DNA of 20,000 nucleotides from Plasmodiophora brassicae (Eukaryota): NCBI GenBank assembly GCA_036867785.1, contig CP145414.1, positions 1,425,324 to 1,445,323 of the forward strand, read 5' to 3'. Shown piece by piece: positions 10,234 to 20,000 of this stretch (position 1 is its first letter; each line of letters starts with the position of its first letter). The notes under the pieces were generated by a model. It saw only the letters and a program-made list of their open reading frames with translations, ran no database searches and was not told where the DNA came from. The position numbers and the translations under genes were made by a program.

Positions 10234-12411
10234 TTAGAAATCTGCTAACAGTCGTGAGCAGAGCGAGTCTCCTTCGGCGTGTCGTTCGAGGAAGGCCCTG
10301 ACGATATCAGGAACATCGGCCGCCATGACCGAGTAAGGTTCCCATGAATTGTCGGTGGCATCGAATCCGATCCAGTTGATCAGTAGTTCAGTGTCACCTG
10401 ACGTAGAATTGACTCGAATGTCCTCGACTGCGTTGACTTGGTAAGCCACGCCGGTGAGCGCGATGTTGTGCTTCAGGGAAGAGGTGACATTCAAGTGCGC
10501 ATCTGCATAGAACATTAAGCGCTGGGCGTGTACATCTGAGATACGATCAGTCAAGAGATCTCGAACTCGATACACCCAGTCGTTGCTGGTGTCGATAATC
10601 TGGGCAGGTCCAGTCCAGTTGTACTCGGACTTGGAGTGCTTGCCATGGTTGGCCACGAGAACATAGTCGCCCGTCGTGAAGTTGATCTCGCGAACATTGC
10701 GTCGGCGACGCCGGGCGCGTTGCTTGAGATCACGTAGATGGGTGCGTGTACGTGCCACTGCTTTGTGCATGTCCTCGAGAGAATCGATAAGTTCCGTCGT
10801 CATTTCCTTGAGACGGTCAGGGGTCAACGGTACGTCGATAACCGCGTCGATGCGTTTGTTGAAGATAATCGAGATAGGTGTCGAGGGTGGCAAACCCGTA
10901 AACATCGTGACAGGCGCGTAGCCCACACTTGATCGAACAGTGTGATTTACCGTCATGTTGATCAGCGGAAGGACATACGGCCAATCCTGGAATGGAAGAT
11001 TTAGCTCGGAGAGGAGGGACTTCAGCAGAAAGAGAAGCCGCTTGTTGACAACCTCAACCGTGCCGTTCGCCCAAGGTGTGTAGGCAGTTGTGAAATGATG
11101 GTTGCAGTGTAACCGGCTATTAAGCTCGGCGATAACCGCGTTTTTGAAGTGTGTGCCGCGGTCAGAGACATGTTGGAAAACAATGCCGAAACGTTTGAAC
11201 CAATCCAGAAGAGATTCGGCGACAACGCTGTGATCCGCGAATTGACAAGGAATTAACTCGACGAATGCCGTGGCGTCGTCCTTCAGAACCAGAACATAAC
11301 GAAGTTGATGAGAATCGCCTGGACGAGGTTTGGATAAGAACAGAAAGTCATAGTGGATGACCTTATTGGGCTTGTCCGCATGCATAGCCGTGCCAAAAGG
11401 TCGGGGAATCATCGAATCTTTGTTGCGTAGGCAGTGTAAGCATTTGTCCACAAATGCACGAACAAAGGAATCCAGATCAGGCCACCAGAAGAGTTGTGCG
11501 ATGCTCGAAATAGTCGATGCAGCAGGTTGATGACCAGACAGTCCCATATGTGAAATCACTGCGATGCGTAGCTGCAGTGCATGTGATGGTACCCAGAGTT
11601 GATTGTCTGGAGTACGCCAGCCAGATTCCGGGCTAAGGTGGAGAGACATGTCCCCTTCGAGTTGGAGAATATCGGAAACGGCAGATAGGTCGTGTTGGCG
11701 AATGTAGTCGGTCTGAGCGTTACTAATCTCGTCGACAGACGGCCAGATAAACTCATCGGTCATCTTGTAATCGTCGAAGTCAAGATTAATTGCCATATGA
11801 CGAATAGAACGGAACGATGGAGGGGAAAATGAGGAGAGTGGTTGCAGGGCGACGCCCCACCGCGTGGCGAGGTCGGCCCAAACGTTGTCCTCCCCAGCAA
11901 TGTGCTCAATGTGAAAATCTAGGTCGATAATCTGAAGTCGCCAGCGCTCCAAGCGATCGCCGGTCGTCCGACTAATTCGTGCAACCGAGGCTGGGTTCAG
12001 AATGAAAACCAAATTACGGTGGTCTGTGAAGATTCGAAGTGCCAGCTTTGACATAGAGATGAAGTGTCTGAGGCGATAGCAGCCTTCAATGATGGCGTAG
12101 GCCTCCTTCTCAATGGTCGCCCACTTCAATTGAGAACCACGGAATGTCCCCGAGATGAACGACAAAGGTTCGTGGTGTTGCTCACCGTACGGGAGATCAA
12201 TATCTTCCGGAGGGATCTGCGACAGGAAAACAGACCAGAAACGGTCACTCGCATCCGGAAAGAGACACATGATCCATTCGTCCTTGGGGTGCGCCAGCGT
12301 CATGGCCTCCGATAGTCGATGCTTCAGAGAATTGAAACTGGTGAGATGGTCAGTGGTCCAGCCGATGTCGGCTAAACGAACTCGACGTAGGTGTGATTTC
12401 TTCAGACTGCT
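10234..12411 (-). pseudogene. Disrupted gag-pol, C-terminal part (RNase H, integrase, chromodomain) of the outer element
   Basis: Same protein as the last ~725 aa of 12618-17507 with a few substitutions. Separated from its RT by the nested insertion. Confidence 0.93.
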
Positions 12412-12608
12412 TGTGCTAACGCCGCCGCTGCCCACTACGGGGGCGGTCGGTCGCAAGAGTCGGCGCCTGGTGATATAACGAACTGATGTATTTGGACAGG
12501 ATCGTCACAGCAAGGGCCGCTGCGGGGTCGAGTACGGTCATGATCATGTGACCGGGTGGCAGCAGCATCTGAGCAGCATCATCTGAGTACTGGTACTCTG
12601 GATGAACA
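12412..12608 (-). repeat. 3' LTR of the inner element
   Basis: 197-bp direct repeat with TG...CA ends. Confidence 0.97.
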
Positions 12609-12617
12609 CTCCCCGTG

Positions 12618-15600
12618 TTAGAAATCTGCTAACAGTCGTGAGCAGAGCGGGTCTCCTTCGGCTTGTCGTTCGAGGAAGGCCCTGACGATATCAGGAACAT
12701 CGGCCGCCATGACCGAGTAAGGTTCCCATGAATTGTCGGTGGCATCGAATCCGATCCAGTTGATCAGTAGTTCAGTGTCACCTGACGTAGAGTTGACTCG
12801 AATGTCCTCGACTGCGTTGACTTGGTAAGCCACGCCGGTGAGCGCGATGTTGTGCTTCAGGGAAGAGGTGACATTCAAGTGCGCATCTGCATAGAACATT
12901 AAGCGCTGGGCGTGTACATCTGAGATACGATCAGTCAAGAGATCTCGAACTCGATACACCCAGTCGTTGATGGTGTCGATAATCTGGGCAGGTCCAGTCC
13001 AGTTGTACTCGGACTTGGAGTGCTTGCCATGGTTGGCCACGAGAACATAGTCGCCCGTCGTGAAGTTGATCTCGCGAACATTGCGTCGGCGACGCCGGGC
13101 GCGTTGCTTGAGATCACGTAGATGGGTGCGTGTACGTGCCACTGCTTTGTGCATGTCCTCGAGAGAATCGATAAGTTCCGTCGTCATTTCCTTGAGACGG
13201 TCAGGGGTCAACGGTACGTCGATAACCGCGTCGATGCGTTTGTTGAAGATAATCGAGATAGGTGTCGAGGGTGGCAAACCCGTAAACATCGTGACAGGCG
13301 CGTAGCCCACACTTGATCGAACAGTGTGATTTACCGTCATGTTGATCAGCGGAAGGACATACGGCCAATCCTGGAATGGAAGATTTAGCTCGGAGAGGAG
13401 GGACTTCAGCAGAAAGAGAAGCCGCTTGTTGACAACCTCAACCGTGCCGTTCGCCCAAGGTGTGTAGGCAGTTGTGAAATGATGGTTGCAGTGTAACCGG
13501 CTATTAAGCTCGGCGATAACCGCGTTTTTGAAGTGTGTGCCGCGGTCAGAGACATGTTGGAAAACAATGCCGAAACGTTTGAACCAATCCAGAAGAGATT
13601 CGGCGACAACGCTGTGATCCGCGAATTGACAAGGAATTAACTCGACGAATGCCGTGGCGTCGTCCTTCAGAACCAGAACATAACGAAGTTGATGAGAATC
13701 GCCTGGACGAGGTTTGGATAAGAACAGAAAGTCATAGTGGATGACCTTATTGGGCTTGTCCGCATGCATAGCCGTGCCAAAAGGTCGGGGAATCATCGAA
13801 TCTTTGTTGCGTAGGCAGTGTAAGCATTTGTCCACAAATGCACGAACAAAGGAATCCAGATCAGGCCACCAGAAGAGTTGTGCGATGCTCGAAATAGTCG
13901 ATGCAGCAGGTTGATGACCAGACAGTCCCATATGTGAAATCACTGCGATGCGTAGCTGCAGTGCATGTGATGGTACCCAGAGTTGATTGTCTGGAGTACG
14001 CCAGCCAGATTCCGGGCTAAGGTGGAGAGACATGTCCCCTTCGAGTTGGAGAATATCGGAAACGGCAGATAGGTCGTGTTGGCGAATGTAGTCGGTCTGA
14101 GCGTTACTAATCTCGTCGACAGACGGCCAGATAAACTCATCGGTCATCTTGTAATCGTCGAAGTCAAGATTAATTGCCATATGACGAATAGAACGGAACG
14201 ATGGAGGGGAAAATGAGGAGAGTGGTTGCAGGGCGACGCCCCACCGCGTGGCGAGGTCGGCCCAAACGTTGTCCTCCCCAGCAATGTGCTCAATGTGAAA
14301 ATCTAGGTCGATAATCTGAAGTCGCCAGCGCTCCAAGCGATCGCCGGTCGTCCGACTAATTCGTGCAACCGAGGCTGGGTTCAGAATGAAAACCAAATTA
14401 CGGTGGTCTGTGAAGATTCGAAGTGCCAGCTTTGACATAGAGATGAAGTGTCTGAGGCGATAGCAGCCTTCAATGATGGCGTAGGCCTCCTTCTCAATGG
14501 TCGCCCACTTCAATTGAGAACCACGGAATGTCCCCGAGATGAACGACAAAGGTTCGTGGTGTTGCTCACCGTACGGGAGATCAATATCTTCCGGAGGGAT
14601 CTGCGACAGGAAAACAGACCAGAAACGGTCACTCGCATCCGGAAAGAGACACATGATCCATTCGTCCTTGGTGTGCGCCAGCGTCATGGCCTCCGATAGT
14701 CGATGCTTCAGAGAATTGAAACTGGTGAGATGGTCAGTGGTCCAGCCGATGTCGGCTAAACGAACTCGACGTAGGTGTGATTTCTTCAGACTGCTGACAG
14801 AACGAGAAGCGGACAGAAGTAGATCCTGTAGCGGATGAACATGTGCCGCGAATTGAGGGATAACAGAACGGACCCAATTGAGGCCCGAGAGGAACTGTTG
14901 GAGATCAGCAGCCGTGATAGGAGTTGATAGATCGTGCAAGGCGTTGAGATACGAGCGATCGAACGACACTCCATCAGCGGATATAACGCGACCGCACCAT
15001 GTCACTGAAGTGAGATATAACTGGCAGCGATCAGGGTTGAGTTTAACTCCAAACTCGTCGAAAGCGTTGAGAAGAGATTCGAGTGTGTCCATGTAGGCTC
15101 CGAATCCAGATACGTAGCCGAGGATATCGTCGATCCAGAGTAGGGCGCAGATATATAGAAGTTTCCCCAACACCTGTTGCATTCCCGCCTGGAACGCAAA
15201 CACGCAATCAGCGATTCCCTGGATGATGCGCCTGGGTGTAAACGTGGCGATGTGCGTCATGAACGAGCAGGCCTCCTGCGAATCAGGGTGCAACGGAAAT
15301 TGCCAATAGCCTTTAAAGGCATCGAACAGCATGAAGATGGTCGCGGAACGTAGGTAGGTCAGGATGATGTCGATGTGAGGCATCGGCCATGCAATGCGTT
15401 CGGTCTGTTTGTTGACGGCTTCATTGATGTCGACGGTCAGCCGATGGCCGCGAACCTCCGTGTCCTTCTTGTCGACGACCAGACACGGCGACGCGTACCT
15501 GCTGTGCGGATTGCGGTACACAAAATCGTTTTCCGCCAAGGTTCCTACGTGATCATCCATGAATTTTTGATGTTCGAGGGTATACCTTCGTGTTCGGCAA

Positions 15601-17507
15601 CGAACAGGACGAGCATCTGCTTTGAAGTGTAGTTTCAGTGGACTTACTTTCGCAGGTGGATCACGGCCAAGCTTCGTTCGCCATATGTCTTTGTGTCGAT
15701 TGACAGTTGTGCGTAGACGCGGGACTTGATCGTTAGGGAAACCGGAGTCAGTTGCACGTTGTATCATCCGGTCTATTGCCCTGTCCACGTCTGTATCGGA
15801 GTGTTCTCCGATTTCGACATCATAGTCGTCACCCGGATCATTGGTGTCCAATTGGGGCTCATGATCGCGAGTTGTTCCACTTACCTCCGGGTGTCTTACC
15901 GCTCTCATCGTGATCCCTTGACCACCTGGGGCGTGACGTTCCGGGGTCGGATCCGCTTCGATGATGATAGGACCATTTGCCTCGATTAACATCTCCTTCA
16001 GTTGTGTAGCTGGATTGATACCCAACGCGTCCAGTTCCGGGGCTCCTAAAAGGACAATGTCATCAGATAGGTCTTCGCGACATACGTTGATTTCCCGCCC
16101 GCGTAGATGTGCAGGTTTGCCATGCGAAGGTGGGACAATGGTGATGTCCACGATCGCTGTGGCGACAATTGTTGTCGTAGCCCCGATCGTTGCAAGTTTC
16201 GCCTCCGTTGGATGGTCGAACACTTTGACTGGGACATGCTGGATGGCTTGAATCCGTAGCAGTTGCGATTGCGAAATGACGGTCTTCGTCGCACCACTAT
16301 CGGCTTCGAATGGAAGGTCGAGCGAGTTCTGGAAGCGAAGTCTCATAGGGGACGGTGTTGACGGCGACGGCGGGCCCATGCGCTTTGCCGTGTCTGCGTT
16401 GCCCTTACTCTCCTCCTTCTCTTTGCGCTCTTTCTGGAACTTTTCAATGGCAGCTTTGCGTTCTCCTTGAGTTGCCTTCGGGCACACTTGGACCCAGTGC
16501 TGCTCCTTGCAGATTAGGCAACCTGCCTTTGGAGGATCCTTACCTTCGAAACGTTTTCGGATGTGCTCGGGGATGTCCCTCGATTCGTCTTTCGTTTGCG
16601 ATGTGGACGATTGAGCTGTCTTCAGTCCGATCGGATTTGTCGGATGCTTGCCGCCATTCCTATTCGGAGCAACAACGTCCTTACCTTTCTTACCTGCAGG
16701 TGGGGACATGGTCTGCGCTGGAGACTTCTTCTTCTCAGCTTGCAGCCGGAAGTGTTTGTCCTGCTCTTTGGCAAGACGGTCGACGAGGTCGAAGAATTTG
16801 AGCTCGTCCTTCTCAGCGTCCCTGCACCCTCCGAACTCGATCGCGCGTTCGACTAGAACCGCAAGGTCAGTGGGACGGATACCTCCGCGTAATACCTTGA
16901 TCTTGCGCTTGGTTCCTTTCGTTCCTTTGGCGTATGTGTCTTGTAGCCCATAGTCGTCGATTAGCTCATCGAACTTGGCGAAGAAAGACGTGACACGTTC
17001 CTCAATACTCTTGATTGACAGGTTCATGACCACTGTCTTCGTGAGAAGCGCCTTGATGTCTGTCGAACTCTCGACATCAGCCTCCCTGCGTTGGACTGAC
17101 CTCAAGTAGCTCATGATGTCGCCATCCGTGATCGTGCTGGCGGGTTGACGTAGGCGATATTTCGACATCCCTCTGAGGACGTCCTCGGTAATGCATGACT
17201 TCACCGTTGGCGGATGAATATCCTCCTTGTAGATCAGTCGGCGCTCGTTAACGATCTCGACGTGTTTCCTATATTTCTTGAGGAAATCGTTAATTCCGTC
17301 CTTGGCCGTAAGGCTCAGGGTACGTAGGATGGGCGGTTTCAAAGGCATAAAGATCGGGCTCTTACCGTGCAGGTTTGTTGACTGAAGCCCTCGATCGATT
17401 TCGTCATCTGTCGACGATTCATGCTCCTTGGCCTCGGCGTCGGAGTTGGTCCTGGCGTCGTCCTCCATCTGTAGACGAACGGGCGCTCTGCGGCCACCTC
17501 CTGCCAT
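12618..17507 (-). CDS. Gag-Pol polyprotein, 1629 aa (Gag with zinc knuckle, protease, RT, RNase H, integrase, chromodomain)
   Basis: CLICKEQHWVQVC knuckle; ADSGA protease; DAFKGYWQ and WIDD in RT; PDAS, EKEAYAI, TDH, NVWAD in RNase H; HMGLSGH...CLHC and D-D-E (HYDF, SDRG, GTVE) in integrase; WTGPAQI; LINWIGFDATDNSWEP chromodomain. PR-RT-RH-IN order is Gypsy. Confidence 0.97.
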   Translation of the reverse strand: MAGGGRRAPVRLQMEDDARTNSDAEAKEHESSTDDEIDRGLQSTNLHGKSPIFMPLKPPILRTLSLTAKDGINDFLKKYRKHVEIVNERRLIYKEDIHPPTVKSCITEDVLRGMSKYRLRQPASTITDGDIMSYLRSVQRREADVESSTDIKALLTKTVVMNLSIKSIEERVTSFFAKFDELIDDYGLQDTYAKGTKGTKRKIKVLRGGIRPTDLAVLVERAIEFGGCRDAEKDELKFFDLVDRLAKEQDKHFRLQAEKKKSPAQTMSPPAGKKGKDVVAPNRNGGKHPTNPIGLKTAQSSTSQTKDESRDIPEHIRKRFEGKDPPKAGCLICKEQHWVQVCPKATQGERKAAIEKFQKERKEKEESKGNADTAKRMGPPSPSTPSPMRLRFQNSLDLPFEADSGATKTVISQSQLLRIQAIQHVPVKVFDHPTEAKLATIGATTTIVATAIVDITIVPPSHGKPAHLRGREINVCREDLSDDIVLLGAPELDALGINPATQLKEMLIEANGPIIIEADPTPERHAPGGQGITMRAVRHPEVSGTTRDHEPQLDTNDPGDDYDVEIGEHSDTDVDRAIDRMIQRATDSGFPNDQVPRLRTTVNRHKDIWRTKLGRDPPAKVSPLKLHFKADARPVRCRTRRYTLEHQKFMDDHVGTLAENDFVYRNPHSRYASPCLVVDKKDTEVRGHRLTVDINEAVNKQTERIAWPMPHIDIILTYLRSATIFMLFDAFKGYWQFPLHPDSQEACSFMTHIATFTPRRIIQGIADCVFAFQAGMQQVLGKLLYICALLWIDDILGYVSGFGAYMDTLESLLNAFDEFGVKLNPDRCQLYLTSVTWCGRVISADGVSFDRSYLNALHDLSTPITAADLQQFLSGLNWVRSVIPQFAAHVHPLQDLLLSASRSVSSLKKSHLRRVRLADIGWTTDHLTSFNSLKHRLSEAMTLAHTKDEWIMCLFPDASDRFWSVFLSQIPPEDIDLPYGEQHHEPLSFISGTFRGSQLKWATIEKEAYAIIEGCYRLRHFISMSKLALRIFTDHRNLVFILNPASVARISRTTGDRLERWRLQIIDLDFHIEHIAGEDNVWADLATRWGVALQPLSSFSPPSFRSIRHMAINLDFDDYKMTDEFIWPSVDEISNAQTDYIRQHDLSAVSDILQLEGDMSLHLSPESGWRTPDNQLWVPSHALQLRIAVISHMGLSGHQPAASTISSIAQLFWWPDLDSFVRAFVDKCLHCLRNKDSMIPRPFGTAMHADKPNKVIHYDFLFLSKPRPGDSHQLRYVLVLKDDATAFVELIPCQFADHSVVAESLLDWFKRFGIVFQHVSDRGTHFKNAVIAELNSRLHCNHHFTTAYTPWANGTVEVVNKRLLFLLKSLLSELNLPFQDWPYVLPLINMTVNHTVRSSVGYAPVTMFTGLPPSTPISIIFNKRIDAVIDVPLTPDRLKEMTTELIDSLEDMHKAVARTRTHLRDLKQRARRRRRNVREINFTTGDYVLVANHGKHSKSEYNWTGPAQIIDTINDWVYRVRDLLTDRISDVHAQRLMFYADAHLNVTSSLKHNIALTGVAYQVNAVEDIRVNSTSGDTELLINWIGFDATDNSWEPYSVMAADVPDIVRAFLERQAEGDPLCSRLLADF

Positions 17508-17550
17508 TAAGTGAGTTCGTTTGCTTGGGGCTCTTTGCGCAAGAAGCTTC

Positions 17551-17747
17551 TGTGCTAACGCCGCCGCTGCCCACTACGGGGGCGGTCGGTCGCAAGAGTC
17601 GGCGCCTGGTGATATAACGAACTGATGTATTTGGACAGGATCGTCACAGCAAGGGCCGCTGCGGGGTCGAGTACGGTCATGATCATGTGACCGGGTGGCA
17701 GCAGCATCTGAGCAGCATCATCTGAGTACTGGTACTCTGGATGAACA
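17551..17747 (-). repeat. 5' LTR of the inner element
   Basis: 197-bp direct repeat ending 43 nt upstream of the gag ATG. Confidence 0.97.
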
Positions 17748-17752
17748 CTGCT

Positions 17753-19576
17753 GACAGAACGAGAAGCGGACAGAAGTAGATCCTGTAGCGGATGAACATG
17801 TGCCGCGAATTGAGGGATAACAGAACGGACCCAATTGAGGCCCGAGAGGAACTGTTGGAGATCAGCAGCCGTGATAGGAGTTGATAGATCGTGCAAGGCG
17901 TTGAGATACGAGCGATCGAACGACACTCCATCAGCGGATATAACGCGACCGCACCATGTCACTGAAGTGAGATATAACTGGCAGCGATCAGGGTTGAGTT
18001 TAACTCCAAACTCGTCGAAAGCGTTGAGAAGAGATTCGAGTGTGTCCATGTAGGCTCCGAATCCAGATACGTAGCCGAGGATATCGTCGATCCAGAGTAG
18101 GGCGCAGATATATAGAAGTTTCCCCAACACCTGTTGCATTCCCGCCTGGAACGCAAACACGCAATCAGCGATTCCCTGGATGATGCGCCTGGGTGTAAAC
18201 GTGGCGATGTGCGTCATGAACGAGCAGGCCTCCTGCGAATCAGGGTGCAACGGAAATTGCCAATAGCCTTTAAAGGCATCGAACAGCATGAAGATGGTCG
18301 CGGAACGTAGGTAGGTCAGGATGATGTCGATGTGAGGCATCGGCCATGCAATGCGTTCGGTCTGTTTGTTGACGGCTTCATTGATGTCGACGGTCAGCCG
18401 ATGGCTTAGAACCTCCGTGTCCTTCTTGTCGACGACCAGACACGGCGACGCGTACCTGCTGTGCGGATTGCGGTACACAAAATCGTTTTCCGCCAAGGTT
18501 CCTACGTGATCATCCATGAATTTTTGATGTTCGAGGGTATACCTTCGTGTTCGGCAACGAACAGGACGAGCATCTGCTTTGAAGTGTAGTTTCAGTGGAC
18601 TTACTTTCGCAGGTGGATCACGGCCAAGCTTCGTTCGCCATATGTCTTTGTGTCGATTGACAGTTGTGCGTAGACGCGGGACTTGATCGTTAGGGAAACC
18701 GGAGTCAGTTGCACGTTGTATCATCCGGTCTATTGCCCTGTCCACGTCTGTATCGGAGTGTTCTCCGATTTCGACATCATAGTCGTCACCCGGATCATTG
18801 GTGTCCAATTGGGGCTCATGATCGCGAGTTGTTCCACTTACCTCCGGGTGTCTTACCGCTCTCATCGTGATCCCTTGACCACCTGGGGCGTGACGTTCCG
18901 GGGTCGGATCCGCTTCGATGATGATAGGACCATTTGCCTCGATTAACATCTCCTTCAGTTGTGTAGCTGGATTGATACCCAACGCGTCCAGTTCCGGGGC
19001 TCCTAAAAGGACAATGTCATCAGATAGGTCTTCGCGACATACGTTGATTTCCCGCCCGCGTAGATGTGCAGGTTTGCCATGCGAAGGTGGGACAATGGTG
19101 ATGTCCACGATCGCTGTGGCGACAATTGTTGTCGTAGCCCCGATCGTTGCAAGTTTCGCCTCCGTTGGATGGTCGAACACTTTGACTGGGACATGCTGGA
19201 TGGCTTGAATCCGTAGCAGTTGCGATTGCGAAATGACGGTCTTCGTCGCACCACTATCGGCTTCGAATGGAAGGTCGAGCGAGTTCTGGAAGCGAAGTCT
19301 CATAGGGGACGGTGTTGACGGCGACGGCGGGCCCATGCGCTTTGCCGTGTCTGCGTTGCCCTTACTCTCCTCCTTCTCTTTGCGCTCTTTCTGGAACTTT
19401 TCAATGGCAGCTTTGCGTTCTCCTTGAGTTGCCTTCGGGCACACTTGGACCCAGTGCTGCTCCTTGCAGATTAGGCAACCTGCCTTTGGAGGATCCTTAC
19501 CTTCGAAACGTTTTCGGATGTGCTCGGGGATGTCCCTCGATTCGTCTTTCGTTTGCGATGTGGACGATTGAGCTGT
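17753..19576 (-). pseudogene. Disrupted gag-pol, Gag C-terminus, protease and RT of the outer element
   Basis: Matches 14796-16619 at a constant offset of 2957 and ends abruptly at the telomere repeats. Confidence 0.93.
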
Positions 19577-20000
19577 AGGGTTTTTTAGGGGTTAGGGTTT
19601 TTAGGGGGTTTTAGGGTTTAGGGTTTTTAGGGTTTTAGGGTTTTTTAGGGTTTAGGGTTAGGCTTAGGGTTTTTTAGGGTTTTAGGGTTTTTTTAGGGTT
19701 TTTTAGGGCTTAGGGTTTTAGGGTTTTAGGGTTTTAGGGTTTTAGGGTTTTAGGGTTTTAGGGTTTTAGGGTTTTAGGGTTTTAGGGTTTTAGGGTTTTA
19801 GGGTTTTAGGGTTTTAGGGTTTTAGGGTTTTAGGGTTTTAGGGTTTTAGGGTTTTAGGGTTTTAGGGTTTTAGGGTTTTAGGGTTTTTAGGGTTTTAGGG
19901 TTTTAGGGTTTTAGGGTTTTAGGGTTTTTAGGGTTTTAGGGTTTTAGGGTTTTAGGGTTTTAGGGTTTTTAGGGTTTTAGGGTTTTAGGGTTTTAGGGTT
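19577..20000 (+). repeat. Telomere, (TTTTAGGG)n with variant proximal units
   Basis: G-rich strand runs 5'->3' to the window end. Mostly uniform TTTTAGGG from about 19716, with T2-T7AGGG and CTTAGGG variants proximally. Confidence 0.97.

Larger units (their letters stand above)
12412..17747 (-). mobile_element. Complete Ty3/Gypsy chromodomain LTR retrotransposon (5336 bp) with 5-bp TSD CTGCT
   Basis: Two apparently identical 197-bp LTRs, an intact ORF and a PPT. CTGCT flanks both sides (12407-12411 and 17748-17752), while the uninterrupted site has one CTGCT (14791-14795). Confidence 0.98.
10028..19576 (-). mobile_element. Outer Ty3/Gypsy chromodomain LTR retrotransposon, split by a nested copy (pieces 10028-12411 and 17753-19576) and 5'-truncated by the telomere
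   Basis: The two pieces join seamlessly across CTGCT and reproduce inner-element 12412-16619. The gag 5' part and 5' LTR are absent. Confidence 0.95.

Noticed and set aside
10234-12456. Independent 740-aa RNase H-integrase gene
   Set aside because: Its first residues come from the inner LTR with a non-ATG start. It is the severed half of the outer gag-pol.
7810-17747. A single DIRS/Ngaro-like element combining YR with RT and RNase H
   Set aside because: YR and pol are on opposite strands, pol has its own DDE integrase, LTRs and TSD, the YR has introns, and the LTR interrupts the YR frame. These are two separate elements.
17555-19444. Independent 629-aa protease-RT gene with a novel C-terminus
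   Set aside because: It is a truncated gag-pol reading through the inner 5' LTR and has no promoter or natural start.
10028-19576. Assembly artefact or simple tandem LTR array
   Set aside because: The exact 5-bp TSD, seamless rejoining of the outer halves and copy-specific substitutions indicate a real nested insertion.
10028-20000. Retrotransposon-maintained telomere (HeT-A/TART-like) or telomere-repeat-targeting element
   Set aside because: This is an LTR element truncated internally, with no telomeric repeats at its insertion sites and an ordinary telomerase-type array at the end.

Overview
A eukaryotic chromosome right end with a compact gene layout, 50-65 nt GT-AG introns and a TTTTAGGG telomere; this combination resembles Plasmodiophora-like protists, but the host is my inference. 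Bases 1-7152 hold four + strand genes: the 3' end of UDP-glucuronate decarboxylase, a PHD/EGLN-like 2OG-Fe(II) dioxygenase, a permuted NlpC/P60 papain-like protein and an ACAP-type BAR-PH-ArfGAP-ankyrin protein. From about 7360 the window is a stack of mobile elements. An intron-containing tyrosine recombinase gene (Crypton-like), preceded by a degenerate ~120-bp tandem repeat, is interrupted at 10028 by a chromodomain-bearing Ty3/Gypsy LTR retrotransposon on the - strand. A complete, near-identical copy of that retrotransposon (12412-17747, 197-bp LTRs, 5-bp TSD CTGCT, single 1629-aa gag-pol ORF) sits inside the first. The outer copy is cut within gag at 19576 and capped directly by telomere repeats, which indicates chromosome breakage and de novo telomere healing. 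The retrotransposon has no canonical tRNA primer-binding site; two adjacent palindromes and nested LTR-leader complementarity occupy that position.
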